From positions 105,648,001 through 105,712,000 of the forward strand of contig NC_091479.1 of the NCBI RefSeq assembly GCF_036971445.1: a DNA stretch of 64,000 nt. The letters are read 5' to 3'. The stretch comes from Narcine bancroftii. Taxonomy: Eukaryota. This document shows, one piece after another, positions 24,830 through 37,820 of this stretch. The position numbers and the translations under genes were made by a program. Numbering within the stretch: the first letter of the stretch is position 1; the number at the start of each line of letters is the position of its first letter. A model generated the notes under the pieces. That model made no database searches, had not been told where the DNA came from, and saw only the letters and a list, made by a program, of their open reading frames with translations.

Positions 24830-26495
24830 GAGTGGAGCCAAAAGAGATGGGGAGATCTTAAATGTTTTTATTTCATCAGTATTCATGGAAACAGGCACAG
24901 AGTCATGGGATGTTAGGAAACCAAGCAGTGAGGTCATGGAACCTACACAGATTAAAGAGGAAGTGCTTGCTGTCCTAAAACAAATAAAAGTGGACAAATC
25001 CTCAGGACCCGACAAGATATTCCCTCGGACCTTGAGGGAGGCTAGTGAAAAATTATTTAAAATGTCCTTAGCCACGGGTGAGGTGCCAGAGGATTGGATA
25101 GTAGCTCATGTTGTTCCGTTGTTTAAAAAAAGACTACAAAAGTAACCCTGGAAATTATAGGCCAATGTCAGTAATAGGAAAATTATTGGAAGGTGTTCTA
25201 AGAGATCAGATATACAATTATTTTGATAGCCAGAAACTGATTAGGATTAGTCAAAATGGCTTTCTGCATGGTAGGTAATTTTTAACCAATCTTATAGAGA
25301 TTTTTGAGGTGGTTACAAGGAAAATTGATGAAGGAAAGGCTGTGGATGTTGTCTACATGGACTTCAGTAAGGCCTTTGACAAAGTCCCGCATGGGAGGTT
25401 AGTCAGGAAGGTTCAGTCGCTCAGTATTCATGGTGAAGTAGTGAACTGGATTGGACAATGGCTGGACGGGAGAAGCCAGTGAGTAGTAGTGGATGATTGT
25501 TTCTCAGTCTGGAGGCCTGTGACTAGTGGTGTGTCTCAGGGATCAGTGCTGGGACCATTGTTGTTTGTCATCTATATCAATGATCTGGATGATAATGTGG
25601 GAAATTGGATCAGCAAGTTTGCAGATGACACTAAGATTGGAGGCGTTGTGGACAGTGAGGAAGGTTTTCAAAACTTGCAGAAGGATCTGGACCAGCTGGG
25701 AAAATGGGCTGAAAAATAGCAGATGGAATTTAATGCAGACAAGTGTGAGGTGTTGCATTTTGGAAGGACAAACCAAGAAAGGACATACTCGGTGAACAGT
25801 AGTGCAGTAGAACAGGGGGATCTGGCAAGACAGATACATAATTCCTTTAAAGTGGAGTCACAAGTAGACATGGTTGTAAAGAGTGCTTTTGTAATATTGG
25901 CCTTCATAAATCAAAGTATTGAGTACAGGAGCTTGGATGTTATGGTTAAGTAGTACAAGACATTGGTGAGGCCAAATTTGGAGTATTGTGTGTAGTTTTG
26001 GTCACATAACTACAGGAAAAAATATCAATAAGATTGAAAGAGTGCAGAGAAGGTTTACAGAGGTTGCCTGGACTTCAGGAATTGAGTTACTGGGAAACGA
26101 TAAACAGGTTAGGACTTTATTCCCTGGAATGTAGTAGAAGAATGAGGAGAGATTTGATAGAGGGGGACAGACAGAGTAAATGTAGGTCGGCTTTATCCAC
26201 TGAGGGTAGGTGAGATACAAACCAGAGGACATGGGTTAAGAGTGAAAAGGGAAAAAGTTTAGGGAACTTCATCACACAGAGTGGTGGGAGTGTGGAACGA
26301 GCTACCAGCTGAAATGGTGAATGCGGGCTCATTTTTAATATGTAAGAGGAATTTAGACAGGTACGTGGATGGAAGAGGTGTGGAAGATTATGGACTGGGT
26401 GCAGGTCAGTGGGACAAGGCAAAATAAATGGTTCTGCAGAGATTAGAAGGGCTGAACAGGCCTGTTTCTGTGCTGTAGCGTTCTATGGTTCTATG
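24830..26495 (+). mobile_element. CR1 LINE (HER1-like), 5'-truncated ORF2 with reverse transcriptase, disabled
   Basis: YMDFSKAFDKVPH, SGVSQGSVLGPLLFVIYINDL, SKFADDTK, FNADKCEVLHFG; TTCTATGG repeat tail; internal stops. Confidence 0.92.
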
Positions 26496-27062
26496 AATCC
26501 CAGAAGTACCGGATACCACGGGTTTTCCAGTTTTTTAGTCACAGTTCCAATACCACAAAGACAGAAACCAATTTGTGCACAGCAAGTTCCCACAGATCAA
26601 TGATATGTGATCATTTATAGCCATCGCTCCTGCTGCTGAGGGTCTTTGGTCATCACTGCTTCAGAGTTGGATGAGTGTTTGCACAAAATTGTGGGGATGG
26701 GTCTGGGCTGGGCTCCATTACTCCAGCACAGAGCCGACACACGCAGTGAGAAGGCTTGAGGCTGATTCCGCTACCGCTTACCAATGTCTTATTAGGTGGG
26801 GCCATAAGTGTTGTGGGCAGGAAGTGAGGGAAATTATTCTACAACCCAGATGTCATGACTGTTCAAATTTAAATGTTGTTTTGCTTTGAGACGAGAGCAT
26901 TACCCATAATTCCACCCACCGACATTACAGCTCTGACAGTGAGGGACGCAGTTGTTGTGTATAAATCCTGTCACATCGCTCCCTGACTTTTGTCCAGCAT
27001 TGGGAAAGGATCTCCAGTACATTGATCTCACCCTTTTCTACTTCCTCCTTCCCAGGCTCATC

Positions 27063-27155
27063 ATGAATCACGATCTGTCGAAGATACTGAACGAGCTTTG
27101 GAAAGTGGATGAAAACCGTCTCAGTCCTGGAGTGGATTACCAGATCTCAGTGCAG
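27063..27155 (+). CDS. endou2: EndoU-like coding exon 1
   Basis: [31 protein letters not shown]|gtaggt; acceptor cccag ends at 27055. Confidence 0.88.
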
Positions 27156-30100
27156 GTAGGTGGATCTTCAAATCTGCACACAAGGACCATCAGCTGCAAG
27201 ATGGAGACATGACTGGGGCAGGATCCTCGTGGGGGTCTGGGGGAGAGGTTCGCAGTTCATCAAGACCATGCTGCTGCCTTCGGAGTGGCATAGGGAGGGG
27301 TCCATGTTGCACTGTGCGAGAAGGGGGATGTTTGGGGGGGTTGAGGCTGTCACTGGGGCATGGGGGAGGGGTTCAGGCTGGGATGGTGAAGTGGAAAGTC
27401 AGGGTAGAGGCTGAACTGTGAGAAGGGAGAGAGTCGAGGGAGGAGTCTGGAGACTGAGGATGGGGAATTTTAGTGGGGTCAAGGCTGGACTGAGGAGGGT
27501 GGTGGAGGTTTGCGGGGTTCAAGGCTCGACCGAGGCGGGGTTTGGGGGTTTAAGGTTAAGACAGGAGGGTGTTGGGGTTGCAAGGGGGGTCAAGGCTGGA
27601 CTGAAGAGGGTGGTGGGGGTTTGTGGGTTTTGTCTGGGGCTGTGAGGAAGTGGGGAGTTGGGGTTGGGAAGACTGGGGAAAGGGAGTTATGGGGGATTGA
27701 GGGTAGGAGGAGTTTCGGGAGGTTGAGGCGAGGTCTGTTGGGGGGAGTTGAGGGTTTAAGGGTGGGAGAGGGTTGGGGGAACAGGACTTTGATTTTAAAC
27801 ACCTTTCTGTGATGTTGGGATTCTGGGCCCAAGTAGTCTAATCCATGCTTCTTCCTCGGCTCAGTGGTTGATCCCAGACACAAATGTGCTGTTGAAGCCA
27901 AAGTTGGGGGGGGTGGGGGGGGGTGGGTGTCGTGTTGGCGGGGTGTGGGTGTCGTGTTGGCGGGGTGTGGGTGTCGTGTTGGCGGGGTGTGGGTATTGTG
28001 TTAGTGGGCATGTGGGTGTCGTGTTAGCGGGGCGTGGGGGTGTCGTGTTGGCAGGGCGTGGGAGTATGGGTGTCGTGTTGGCGGGGTCTAAGTGTCATGT
28101 TGGTGGGGTGCAGGTGGTGGTTTGTGTGGGTGATATTGTTAGCGGTTGTGTGGTATTGGGATGGGATGATCTGATTCATGTTGATGCAATCTAGCCACGG
28201 ACACATCCTCTGTCCCACAGGGCAAGGCCTCCTATGTCCCTGCGGGCAGCACCAATGCTCGGGACTGTGCACGCCGGCCTCTATTCTCCTATGTAAATGA
28301 GGAACGTTTGCAGACAATAAAATCCTTTGCAGGTAGGTTCCCAGCTTGTTGAAGTGTATCTCACCCATGTGGGAGCCTGCATCGGTTTGATGGTTCTCCC
28401 TTGGTCTGAAAAACAATTTCCCTTCTTCTGGGTTTGCACCTCCTTATTACAATGTAGGAGGCCATTTGGCCCATCGAATCTGTGTCTGATCACAGTATAG
28501 CAGTTCGATATCATCCTGATATCCCTGTAATCCCCACACACCCTTTGCTGCCTACCTCCTTTCAGGGTATTTGTTCACCTTCCCCCATATTTCCAGGGTG
28601 GGGGAGGAACTGCAACTCCCAGGGTTAAACCTCATGGCAAAGCCACACACTCCCCATCAGTTCTTGTGAGGTACATCTTGTGGCCATCTCCCCTGGCAGA
28701 GATGAGGTGATCGGTCATTTTCCCCAGGTGGTGAGGGAAATCTCAAACCAGAGACACAGAATAAGGTGAGAGGGTAAATATTTTCACAGAGAGCGGTGGA
28801 TGTGTGGAACGAGTTTCCGCAGGAAGTGGTAGAGATGGGGTGAGTTACAGGTATGTGCATAGGGAGGGTTTGTGGGGATGTGGGCTGAAAGTGTATAATG
28901 CCCCTGGAGTTAGGTAATGGTGGGACTGTGTGCGTAATACCCCTGGAGTGAGGTAGTGGTGGGACTGTGTATGTAATGCCCCTGGAGCGAGGTAGTGGTG
29001 GGCCTGTGTGTGTAATGCCCCTGGTGCGAGGTAGTGGTGGGACTGTGTGTGTAATGCCCCTGGAGTGAGGTAATGGTGGGACTCTGTGTGTAATGCCCCT
29101 GGAGAGAGGTAATGGTGGGACTGTGTGCGTAATGCCCCTGGAGTGAGGTAATGGTGGGACTGTGTGCGTAATACCCCTGGAGCGAGGTAGTGGTGGGACT
29201 CTGTGTGTAATGCCCCTGGAGTGAGGTACTGGTGGGATTGTGTGTGTAATACCCCTGGAGTGAGGTAGTGGTGGGACTGTGTGTAATGCCCCTGGGGAGC
29301 ATAGGGCAGGCACTTCTCCACTTAGTGGATCTAACACCATGGTGATTTAACGTTCAAACAATTCATTGATCAGCGTTTATTGCCCTGCTGGATAACTACG
29401 AAATGTCAACGGGAATTGCCGAGGTGGTGACCCCGGAGGAACGGGCGGAAAACAATCTCTTTCTTGATGCGATTCTGGAAACTAAAGTCATGAAGGTGAA
29501 TGTCATTGGTGAGCGGTGGGATAGGCTCGGGGGTGGATTGGGGAGGGAGGGGCCGGGGGGAATGAGGGAGGGAGGGGCCCGGGGGTAATGGGGAAGGGAG
29601 GGGCCTGGGGGAAACAGGGAAGGAGAACGGGGAAGGGAATGGGGGAGCGAGCTCAAGCACATGAGGTTAGCTCTGGTAGGCAACTTGGTCAGAATGGACA
29701 AGTTGAGCAGAAGGGGCCTGCTGTGACTTGTGACTCCACTGTTTGGATGTTGAACATGATAGATTTGCACCTTGAATGAAGTGCGTTAGTTTGTTCCCCA
29801 TTCACCCCATAGGAAAAGGTGGGTCCAGAATGCATCCCCGTTTGACACACCAGCAGAGACAAAATCAGGCCTGGGATTTTGCTCCATGACTGGGTTAAAG
29901 CAGCATTCTGATATCGGAGTGACCAGGATGGGTGAAATAGGGCAAGAGTAGTGAGACCCAGCACAATGACTTGACTGTTGTCCTTCCAGCTGGCTCACCA
30001 ATACCTCGCCAGTCAAAACCTAACATCAGCCAATCCACAGGAATTCAAGGAGCACCTGTACGACATCTGGTTTGAACTGTACTCCAGAGGAGGCAGCCGT

Positions 30101-33100
30101 GGGTATGTTTTTGGCAGGAAACTATCTCGGGGTTTGGTGGAATGTTTCCTCTGGTGGGTGTCAGTGCTAGGAATGTTCTGGGAGTTTAACCTGACCTGGG
30201 TGTGCTGGGATTGTCCATTGGTGCCTGCAGAGTCAGGAGTAAAACACAAAAGTCTGCAGATGCCATGATTGAAGTAAAAACATGATGCTGGAGAAACTCA
30301 GCAGGTCAAACAGCATCCTTTATATAGCAAAGATAAAGATACAGAACCAACGTTTCATCTGAAGCCCTTCATCAAAGCGTGAGCAAAATGTAGGCAGGTG
30401 CCTGAATAACCATCCCCTTTGCTCCGTTTGGCGAAGGGATGGTTGGTAATGGCGTTACGTTAGCTGGAGACGGGGCTAACGGTGCAAGTTTTCCTTTGAG
30501 GAAAATATGGCTTCATTGGTCAGAATGAAACCAGTTCACTGATTTACAACTAGCCTGAATGACAAGCTATTCAGAACATTACAAGAGCTTGAGAAATCAG
30601 AGTTGGTGAGGCCATTTGATCCTTCAGACAGGTTCTGCATTCACCAGGATCCAAGCTGATCTTCCACCTTCACCACTTTTCTTGCCCTCTCCCCTAACAT
30701 CCAGTAATCAGTCAATCCCTAAATGATGGAGGATCTCAGTCGGTCTTTCAGTGTCCATAGGAGACAAAGATACATTGCCAATGCTTTGGGCCTGAGCCCT
30801 TCTTCAAAGAATAAGCAGAATGAGCAAAAACCAGGAAGTTTCCGAATAGAGTCAGTGGCGGCTGGAGGAGGAGTCCGGACCAACAACAGGTGTTTAAATG
30901 GATATGATGAGGGGAGAGGTGAGAACTGATTATGTCTGTATGAAAGGAAACACACGGGAGAAGATGAGTGGGGGTGGGGGGGGTAGTTAATGAAAGCCAG
31001 AGGTCAATATTAATGCAAAGCAGTTGGGGGGTACCCAGTTGGAAGATGGTGTTGTTCCTCCAACTTGCAGGTGGTCCAACTGATCTGTATCCTTTGGGAA
31101 GCTTTATCACTATCCATCTGCAAACAGAATCAGATCACCTACATTTTCATCCAAATGATAGTGGTCCCAGCACTCATCCCTGTGGAGTACCACTGGTATC
31201 AGATCTCCAGTCAGGAAAATATCTCTTCACCACTGCCTTGAATTCTTGGCTAAGCCAAATTTGGATCCAACTTAGCAACTTGTATGAGTTCTATGTGACC
31301 TGCTCTTCCTGATTGAGCTACCACCAAGTATTTTCCTGTCTTCCATTTCCTTCATCTTCTCACTGGACCTTGGATCTCTATCTCAGGCAGTGTTTTTGTG
31401 TCTTCTTCATGCAGACTCACACAATGTTGTCGTTCATTTACTTTGCCATCTCCTCATATTGGTTAAAAATACTTAAGTCTGCACTCAAGGGGCTTGTGTA
31501 TGCACTCAATAGACAATAGACAATAGGAACTGGAGTAGGCCCTTCGGCCCGTCGAGCTAGCACCGCCATTTTACAGATCATGGCTGATCACTACCATCAG
31601 TACCCCTTTCCAGGTCTTTTTGCCTGTTGAAGCTGTTGAGAGTTTGAGCAGAACCGAGATGATTTTTGAAGAGGCTTCCAGCATGGGAACTTACACTATT
31701 GATGTTTGCTCCCTCCAGGCGGGACTCCTCAGGCTTTGAGCATGTGTTTGTTGGAGAGACCAAGCGAGGAAAGGAGATCATGGGACTCCACAACTGGGTC
31801 CAGTTCTACCTCCAGGAGAAACGGAACCACATTGATTACAAAGGCTTTGTGGCACGCAAAAACAAGAACAAGGTTTGGTCCTGGCTCTTCACCAGTCACT
31901 GATGTGGTTAATCATTCATCCCACTCCACACATTGGTCTTTACCCCAAGCCCCTTCATGCATTGTTGATAAAACTATCACCCAGACTTCAAGTTACCAGT
32001 TGAATCAGCTGAACATATTCTGTGGGTTGAGCAGCATCAGTGGGAGGGAAAGAATGGTCAGCATTTCAGGCTAAAATCCTTCACTGAGACTTGGAATGCT
32101 TGTGTAAAGAGGACTGGGAGGGAGAGGTGGGGTGGCCCTGTATAGGTTGATGAAACATGACGAGCAAAGGCCTTTGGTTGGCAGGCCATTATGGGCATCA
32201 GACTTTACACCATCGAGGACATCTAAGAAAAACGGAGTTTAAGCAGTTTAATCTTCAAGGACCCTCACCACCCAGGCCATGCCTGCTTTTCACTGCCGTC
32301 ATCAAGGAGGTACAGGAGCCTGAAATCGAGCATTCGGTGGCTTCTTCTCCTCCGCCATCAGATTCCTGAACGAACAGTGAACCAGAGACACTGATCGTTT
32401 TCTCTTATTTATTTATTTGTAAATATTTGCAGTGTGATCCTGCTGCAAAACAACGAATCTCCTGGCACGTTCATGACAATAAGTTCTGATTCTCTGTGTC
32501 CCTGGCCACATTAATTGCACATGGAAGCTCATCTAAAAGTGAATGCTGGAAACTCTCAGCAGGTCAGGCAGTGGGTGGGCAGAGAGAAACCAGTCAGAAC
32601 TGGGGAGACACTGGTGAGAAACATTGTCGTCTTCTGCCTTCGATTGTAACCCATCCTTGCTTTTACTCAACATAATTATTTCCTGTTGATTCTGTCATTT
32701 GAATGTTTATTTTGCCTTTCTTCTTGAGGGACAAATAATACATTTCCTCTCGGTTGGCATAATCGTGGATAAAAGCCAAGGTCACCTGTTCATGAAGAGT
32801 AGGTCATGGGTTAAGGATAGGGGAAGCGGTTTTAGAGGACCTGAAGAGAAAGTTTCTCGACACAGTGTGTTTGATATCCGGAACTCACTGTCAGAGGAGG
32901 TGGTGAACCAGATACGAGCACTACGTTTACGAGACATTTCAATAGACGAGTGGGCAAGGCTAACGAAGGGAGGCTGCATAATTACCAGCAGTGACCACAG
33001 CGACACAGCTGCTGCCTTCATGCTCCATGGACCCAGGCGCTGCCTGTCTGGAGTTTGCACTGTCTCATTGTAATGTGGATTTCCCCTGGGTGCTCCAGTT

Positions 33101-34178
33101 TCTTTCCACATCTCTGAGGTCATTGTGCTCATTCACTGCTGTAAATTGCCCCCAATGTGTGGGTGAGGGGTAGAATTCGTGTGGGATTATTAAAGAATGG
33201 AATTTATTTTAGAGTATTGCAGTCTTATTGCATATAGTTTGTTGTATTGTCTTCTATTTAATATTCTAGTCATTGCTAATCATGTTTCATGGCTGGTTTA
33301 CCAGCAAAATGACAATGACACCATCATCAATTGGCATAAATGGGTGCTTGATCAGCATGGACTAGAAGGCCCGAAGGGCCTGTTTGGTGCTGTGTCTCAA
33401 AATGAGCCCCATTGACTGGGATGATGGAGCTGAACTGAGGCTACAGGAATGTAGGTTCTTTTCTGTGGCAAGCCCTGCCTCTCCATCCAAAATTAACCAA
33501 AGGTTTGGTCCCAACCTGGCATGGTGCTTGCAATGCCTTGCTTTTAAGTAGAAGGGGATTTCTTGTGTGTGGGAAGTGAGGTCTTGGCCCAGTTACCTGC
33601 TGCCTGGTGTGGGGACTGTATGTGGGCAGTGAGGCCCTGGGCCCAGTTCTCCATTGCTTGGCGGAGGAAGTGTCTGTGTGGGCAGTGAAGTGCTGGGGCC
33701 CAGTTACCTACTGCCTGGTGTGGGGACTCTATGTGGGCATTGAGGCCCTGGGCCCAGTTCTCCACTGCTTGACAGAGGAAGTGTCTGTGTGGGTAGTGAA
33801 GTGCTGGGGCCCAGTTACCTGCTGCCTGACGTGGGGACTATGTGTGTGGGCAGTGAGGCCCTGGTCCAGTTACCGACTGCCCAGCCTGATGACCGTCTGT
33901 GTTTTTGCTTCCAGCCTGATGAAGATGATCATGTCTTGAACCTGCAGTTCAGCTGGAAGGAGATGGTGAAGCCTGTGGGCAGCTCCTTCATCGGGGTAAG
34001 CCCGGAGTTCGAGTTTGCTCTCTACACCATCTGCTTCCTCCTGTCGGATGCCAGGGGCTCACGAGAGCTGGTGATGGTGGATGAATACCACCTGCAAATC
34101 GTGGTGTATCGTCATGGCAAATACATCGGAACTTCGTACCCCGTCCTGCTTAGCAACAACAACACCCCTTTGGAATGA
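27063..34178 (+). CDS. endou2: Poly(U)-specific endoribonuclease, XendoU/endou2-type, 6 coding exons, ~285 aa
   Basis: Exons 27063-27155 (exon starts 27056), 28221-28332, 29374-29495, 29990-30102, 31719-31872, 33915-34178 = 858 nt, in frame. Colinear with recalled Xenopus XendoU; catalytic His (GFEHVF), His (GLHNW) and Lys ([10 protein letters not shown]) are present. No signal peptide or somatomedin-B domains. A short upstream coding exon cannot be excluded. Confidence 0.9.
27925..28090 (+). repeat. 22-bp GT-rich minisatellite
   Basis: GGGTGTCGTGTTGGCGGGGTGT units. Confidence 0.88.
28221..28332 (+). CDS. endou2: EndoU-like coding exon 2
   Basis: cag|[37 protein letters not shown]|gtaggt. 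Confidence 0.92.
28896..29295 (+). repeat. 39-bp minisatellite, ~10 copies
   Basis: TAATGCCCCTGGAGTGAGGTAGTGGTGGGACTGTGTGTG units. Confidence 0.95.
29374..29495 (+). CDS. endou2: EndoU-like coding exon 3
   Basis: cag|[41 protein letters not shown]|gtgaat. Confidence 0.93.
29990..30102 (+). CDS. endou2: EndoU-like coding exon 4
   Basis: cag|[37 protein letters not shown](G)|gtatgt. Confidence 0.92.
31719..31872 (+). CDS. endou2: EndoU-like coding exon 5
   Basis: cag|[51 protein letters not shown]|gtttgg. Confidence 0.94.
33565..33885 (+). repeat. ~55-bp minisatellite with a 111-bp dimeric period
   Basis: Alternating GTGGGCAGTGAGGCCCTGGGCCCAGTTCTCC / GTGGGCAGTGAAGTGCTGGGGCCCAGTTACCT units. 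Confidence 0.88.
33915..34178 (+). CDS. endou2: EndoU-like coding exon 6 (last)
   Basis: cag|[38 protein letters not shown]...[18 protein letters not shown]. Confidence 0.95.
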   Translation, partial: PDEDDHVLNLQFSWKEMVKPVGSSFIGVSPEFEFALYTICFLLSDARGSRELVMVDEYHLQIVVYRHGKYIGTSYPVLLSNNNTPLE

Positions 34179-34401
34179 GTCTCAGCTGCCTGCATTGCTT
34201 CTGTCTGCTCCGTGCTGAGTCTGTCCAGGGGCAGGAGTGTAGACTCTGGGTTGTTTCAACATGTTAAAGCCTTGTACTAAATGGTGGCAGTGTGCCTTAT
34301 CTGGAAACACCATGGAATACCCATGCTCCATTTTACCCTCTCCTGCTTCCCACCCTTCTATTCCCCTCTGTCCCATCATTCTCTGCCATGGGATGATTAC
34401 A

Positions 34402-35285
34402 ATCATAAGACCATAAGACAGAGGAGCAGAAATAGGTCTTTCAGCCCATCGATTCTGCCCCACTATTTAATCATGAGCTGATCCATTTACCCACTCAGCC
34501 CCACTGTCCGTCCTTCTCCCCATAACTTTTGATGTCCTGGCTAATCAAGAATATATCAGTCTCTGCCTTAAATGTACCCAATGACCCAGCCTCCACAACC
34601 ACCTGTGGCAACAAATTCCACAGATTCACAGCCTTCTGGTTGAAGAAATTCCTCCACATCTCTGCTCTGTGGATGCCCTTCAATCCTGAAGTTGTGTCCT
34701 CTTGTCCTAGACTCTCCCACTATAGGAACAACCTTTCCACATCTATAGTCTGTTCATGCATTTCAACATTTGAAATGTTTCATTGAGATCCTCCTCATTC
34801 TCCTAAATCCCAATGAGTACAAGCTGAGAGCTGTCAAATGTTCCTTGTGTGATCACTCTTGCATTCCCAGAATCATCCTTGTGAGCCCTCTCTGAACCTG
34901 CTCCAACATCAGCACATCCTTTCTTAAATGAGGACCCCAAAATTTCTCACAATCCTCCAGGTGAGGTCCCACCAGTGCCTTATAAAGTCTCAACATTTTA
35001 TATTCTATTTAAATGAATGCAAGCATTGCATTTGCCTTCTTCACCACCGACTCAACCTCCAAGTTTACCTTCAGACTCCTGCACGAGGTCTCCCAGGTCC
35101 CTTTGCATCTGGCTGTTTTCAATTTTCTCCCCATTTAGAAAATCATCTACCTGTTTGTTTTTCCACCAGAGAACATCACCATACACTTTCCAACATTGTA
35201 CTTCATTGGCCACTTCTTTGCTCATTCTAATCTGTCCAAGTTCTTCTGCAGCCTCGCCGTTTTCTCAACACTACCTGCTCTTCCA
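34402..35285 (-). mobile_element. CR1 LINE 3' part within the presumed EndoU 3'UTR
   Basis: RNFFNQKAVNLWNLLP motif and CATAAGAC tail repeat; sister copy at 56672-57680. Confidence 0.8.
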
Positions 35286-36155
35286 CAGTTAATTACAATT
35301 AATCTGTAAAACCAGAACATACCTGAATCAAGAACCAAGTTTTTAAAAATCTAGTTTAATGCTTTGAATGGATCGAAACTCCAGACCACAGCCCAACCAC
35401 TTTTCCCAAGAAACATCACAATGGGCCCTTTCATTCCTGAATATATTGCCCGATATCATGCAACTGATCTTTCTTTTAGACTTTAACCTGGGAATGGCCA
35501 AAAGCAAGGCCGAGTGTCAGATATCACTCTCTCTACCCTCTGCCACCACAAATCACTTCATTCACTGAAATCGTGGACGAAGAGATTTCCATCTCCGTGA
35601 CATTGGGAGGACAAATCATAGTGTCCTTAATGCAAAAAGAAGCTCCCTTCTGAGAATATAGAAAGGGAAATGTCTTTTTGAAAATGTTTTTATGTTTGTT
35701 CCGCAGCTTCCAGAGTTGTAGGAGATCATTGAAAAGTTCATCTTAATGTAATCAGACTTGTTATCAGCTTCATTTCCTCTGACCTTCCCCATCACCTGGT
35801 GTTTTAGTTGATGCTGCATCATTGCATTTAGCCTCTTAAATGTTATAAAGAACCTTCGCTGTGACAACCATCAGCTCATTCTCCCAGAAGCTGATTGAAT
35901 TTTGTTTATCGCAGTTGAACCCTGATGTAGCTGATGTATAATTCACCCTGCACACTCGAGTGAATACTGGAATCTGCTTTGTGCGGTGCACTGACTGAAG
36001 TTTGTTAGTGATAAATGGTACAAGACCCTTTTATATTAGTCTTTATTACTGGAAGGGCCTTTAAAAAGCAGCTTCTTAAAGAGTTGAACACCGTTTATTT
36101 TATGTAATAGTTATATGTTTTATGCAGTGCATGTACTTTTTATAAACAAGCTTTC

Positions 36156-36161
36156 AATAAA
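36156..36161 (+). terminator. Candidate polyadenylation signal of the EndoU-like gene
   Basis: AATAAA preceded by U-rich and TGTA elements, ~2 kb after the stop. Confidence 0.5.
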
Positions 36162-36289
36162 ATTAGGAATGAAACATGACTGGAATTGTTGCGCCAAACG
36201 TGAGTTCTCTGGGTGGTCCAGTCCTGATTGGGAGATATTGTTCTCAAGGCAAAGAACAGCTGAGCTCTCATCAACTTCAGCCTCGTCTG

Positions 36290-37360
36290 CCTCGATCCAC
36301 AACAACCCTCGTCAGGTCCACAGGAGACCCCACTCAGCCCTGGAATGCTGAGAGAATACCCATGTCAGACTCCTTTATTGACTGCAGCTCCACCTTCAAC
36401 ACCATTTGTCCCAAACACAAATACCTTGTTTTCATACCTGTCTCTTCTCCTGACCCACAGACAACAATTAGTGAGGATTGGTGACAACATCATAATGTTT
36501 CCTCAACACCATTGCCTGTAAGGCTGCCACTCAGCCTCCAACTTTACTCCCCATCCCCTCAGGGCTCTGGCCAAATAGCTCTCCAACTCCATCTCCGTGT
36601 TTGCATGTGATGCCACTGTCAAGGGCCAGATCTCAAACAACGAGACGGAGTACAAGAAGGAGGTAGAGTTTACTGACCTGATGTCAGGACAATTTCTCTT
36701 TGAATGTCAGCAGAATAAGGTCATTGAGCAGGTTGGTGGGAGGCATTTACCTCTGTCTGTATTCACAGTGCTGAGCTGGAAATGGTGGAGACCTTCACGT
36801 TCCTTGGAGAGAGTATCAAGTCAAGTTTATTGTCACTGATTGTACAAGTACAACCTGATGAAATAGTGTTCGGTCCTTGGTGCAAAACATGCTGACACAC
36901 ATCCAGACAACACATATACAGACACACAATACATATGCAGGACAATAATAAATAATATTTCAGTTAGTGTGAGCAGTTCCTTTGGTCATTCAGCATTCTC
37001 ACTGGCCAAGGGAAAAAGCTGTTTCTCAGCCTGGTGGTGCTGGCTCTAATACTCCTGTATCTCTTCCTCGATGGGAGCAGCTGAAAGATGCTTTGTGCAG
37101 GGTGGAAGGGGTCCTCAATGACTTTACACACAGTTGATGGAGGGGAGGGAGTCTCCAATGATCTTCTTTGCCACTCTTATGGTGTGTATGGACCACCGAT
37201 CCATCTCTCTGCAACAACCGTAACATCAACCTGTCCTGGTCCAACCTTGTGGAAACCACAGCCAAGAAAATGACTATTTTCCCAGAAACTCTTGGAAATC
37301 TGTGTCCCCACTCTCATCTGTTTTTGTAAATGCATGGTAGAAAGTATCCCGATATCCTGT
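36290..37360. mobile_element. Rex1/Babar-like LINE fragments (+ RT remnant, - 3' end)
   Basis: FIDCSSTFNTI RT motif (+) and RYRSIRASTTRLRNSFFP (-). Confidence 0.65.
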
Positions 37361-37429
37361 CTGAATGCATCACAGCTTCATGCGGGACTGCTCTGCCCAA
37401 GGCTCAGGGCATCTGTTAGCACCCCTCCT

Positions 37430-37820
37430 GTCTTATCTACCTTCCCTCCTCCCCAACACCCCTCACCCTCCCTCCAACCTCCTCACCCTCCCTCTTAACA
37501 CCCCTCACCCTCCCTCCCTCCTCCCCAACACCCCACACCCTCCTCCCCTCACCCTCCCTCCTACCTCTTCACCCTCCCTCCCTCCTCCCCCACACCCCTC
37601 ACCCTCCCTCCCTCTTTACACCCTTCACCCTCCCTCCCTCTTTACACCCTTCACCCTCCCTCCCTCTTTACACCCCTCACCCTCCCTCCCTCCCTCTTTA
37701 CACCCCTCACCCTCCCTCCCTCCCTCTTTACACCCCTCACCCTCCCTCCCTCCCTCCCTCCACCCCAACACCCCTCCCCCTCCTCTTCAACACCCTCCTC
37801 CCCTCCCTCTCCCTCCAGTG
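37430..37820 (+). repeat. C-rich low-complexity tandem repeat (CCCTCACCCTCCCTCCCTCTTTACA-like) upstream of POLR3B
   Basis: Directly visible degenerate repeat. Confidence 0.9.

Noticed and set aside
28896-29295. CRISPR-like regular repeat (also 12030-12325, 33565-33885, 54632-54850)
   Set aside because: No unique spacers, no cas genes, vertebrate context; these are ordinary minisatellites
28657-29340. 227-aa repetitive ORF ([13 protein letters not shown])n
   Set aside because: The 39-bp minisatellite unit is a multiple of three; intronic, antisense, no domain
30408-30510. Calling the hairpin element a U4atac snRNA gene
   Set aside because: Only three short words resemble the recalled U4atac; the 5' stem-loop and a canonical Sm site are not evident
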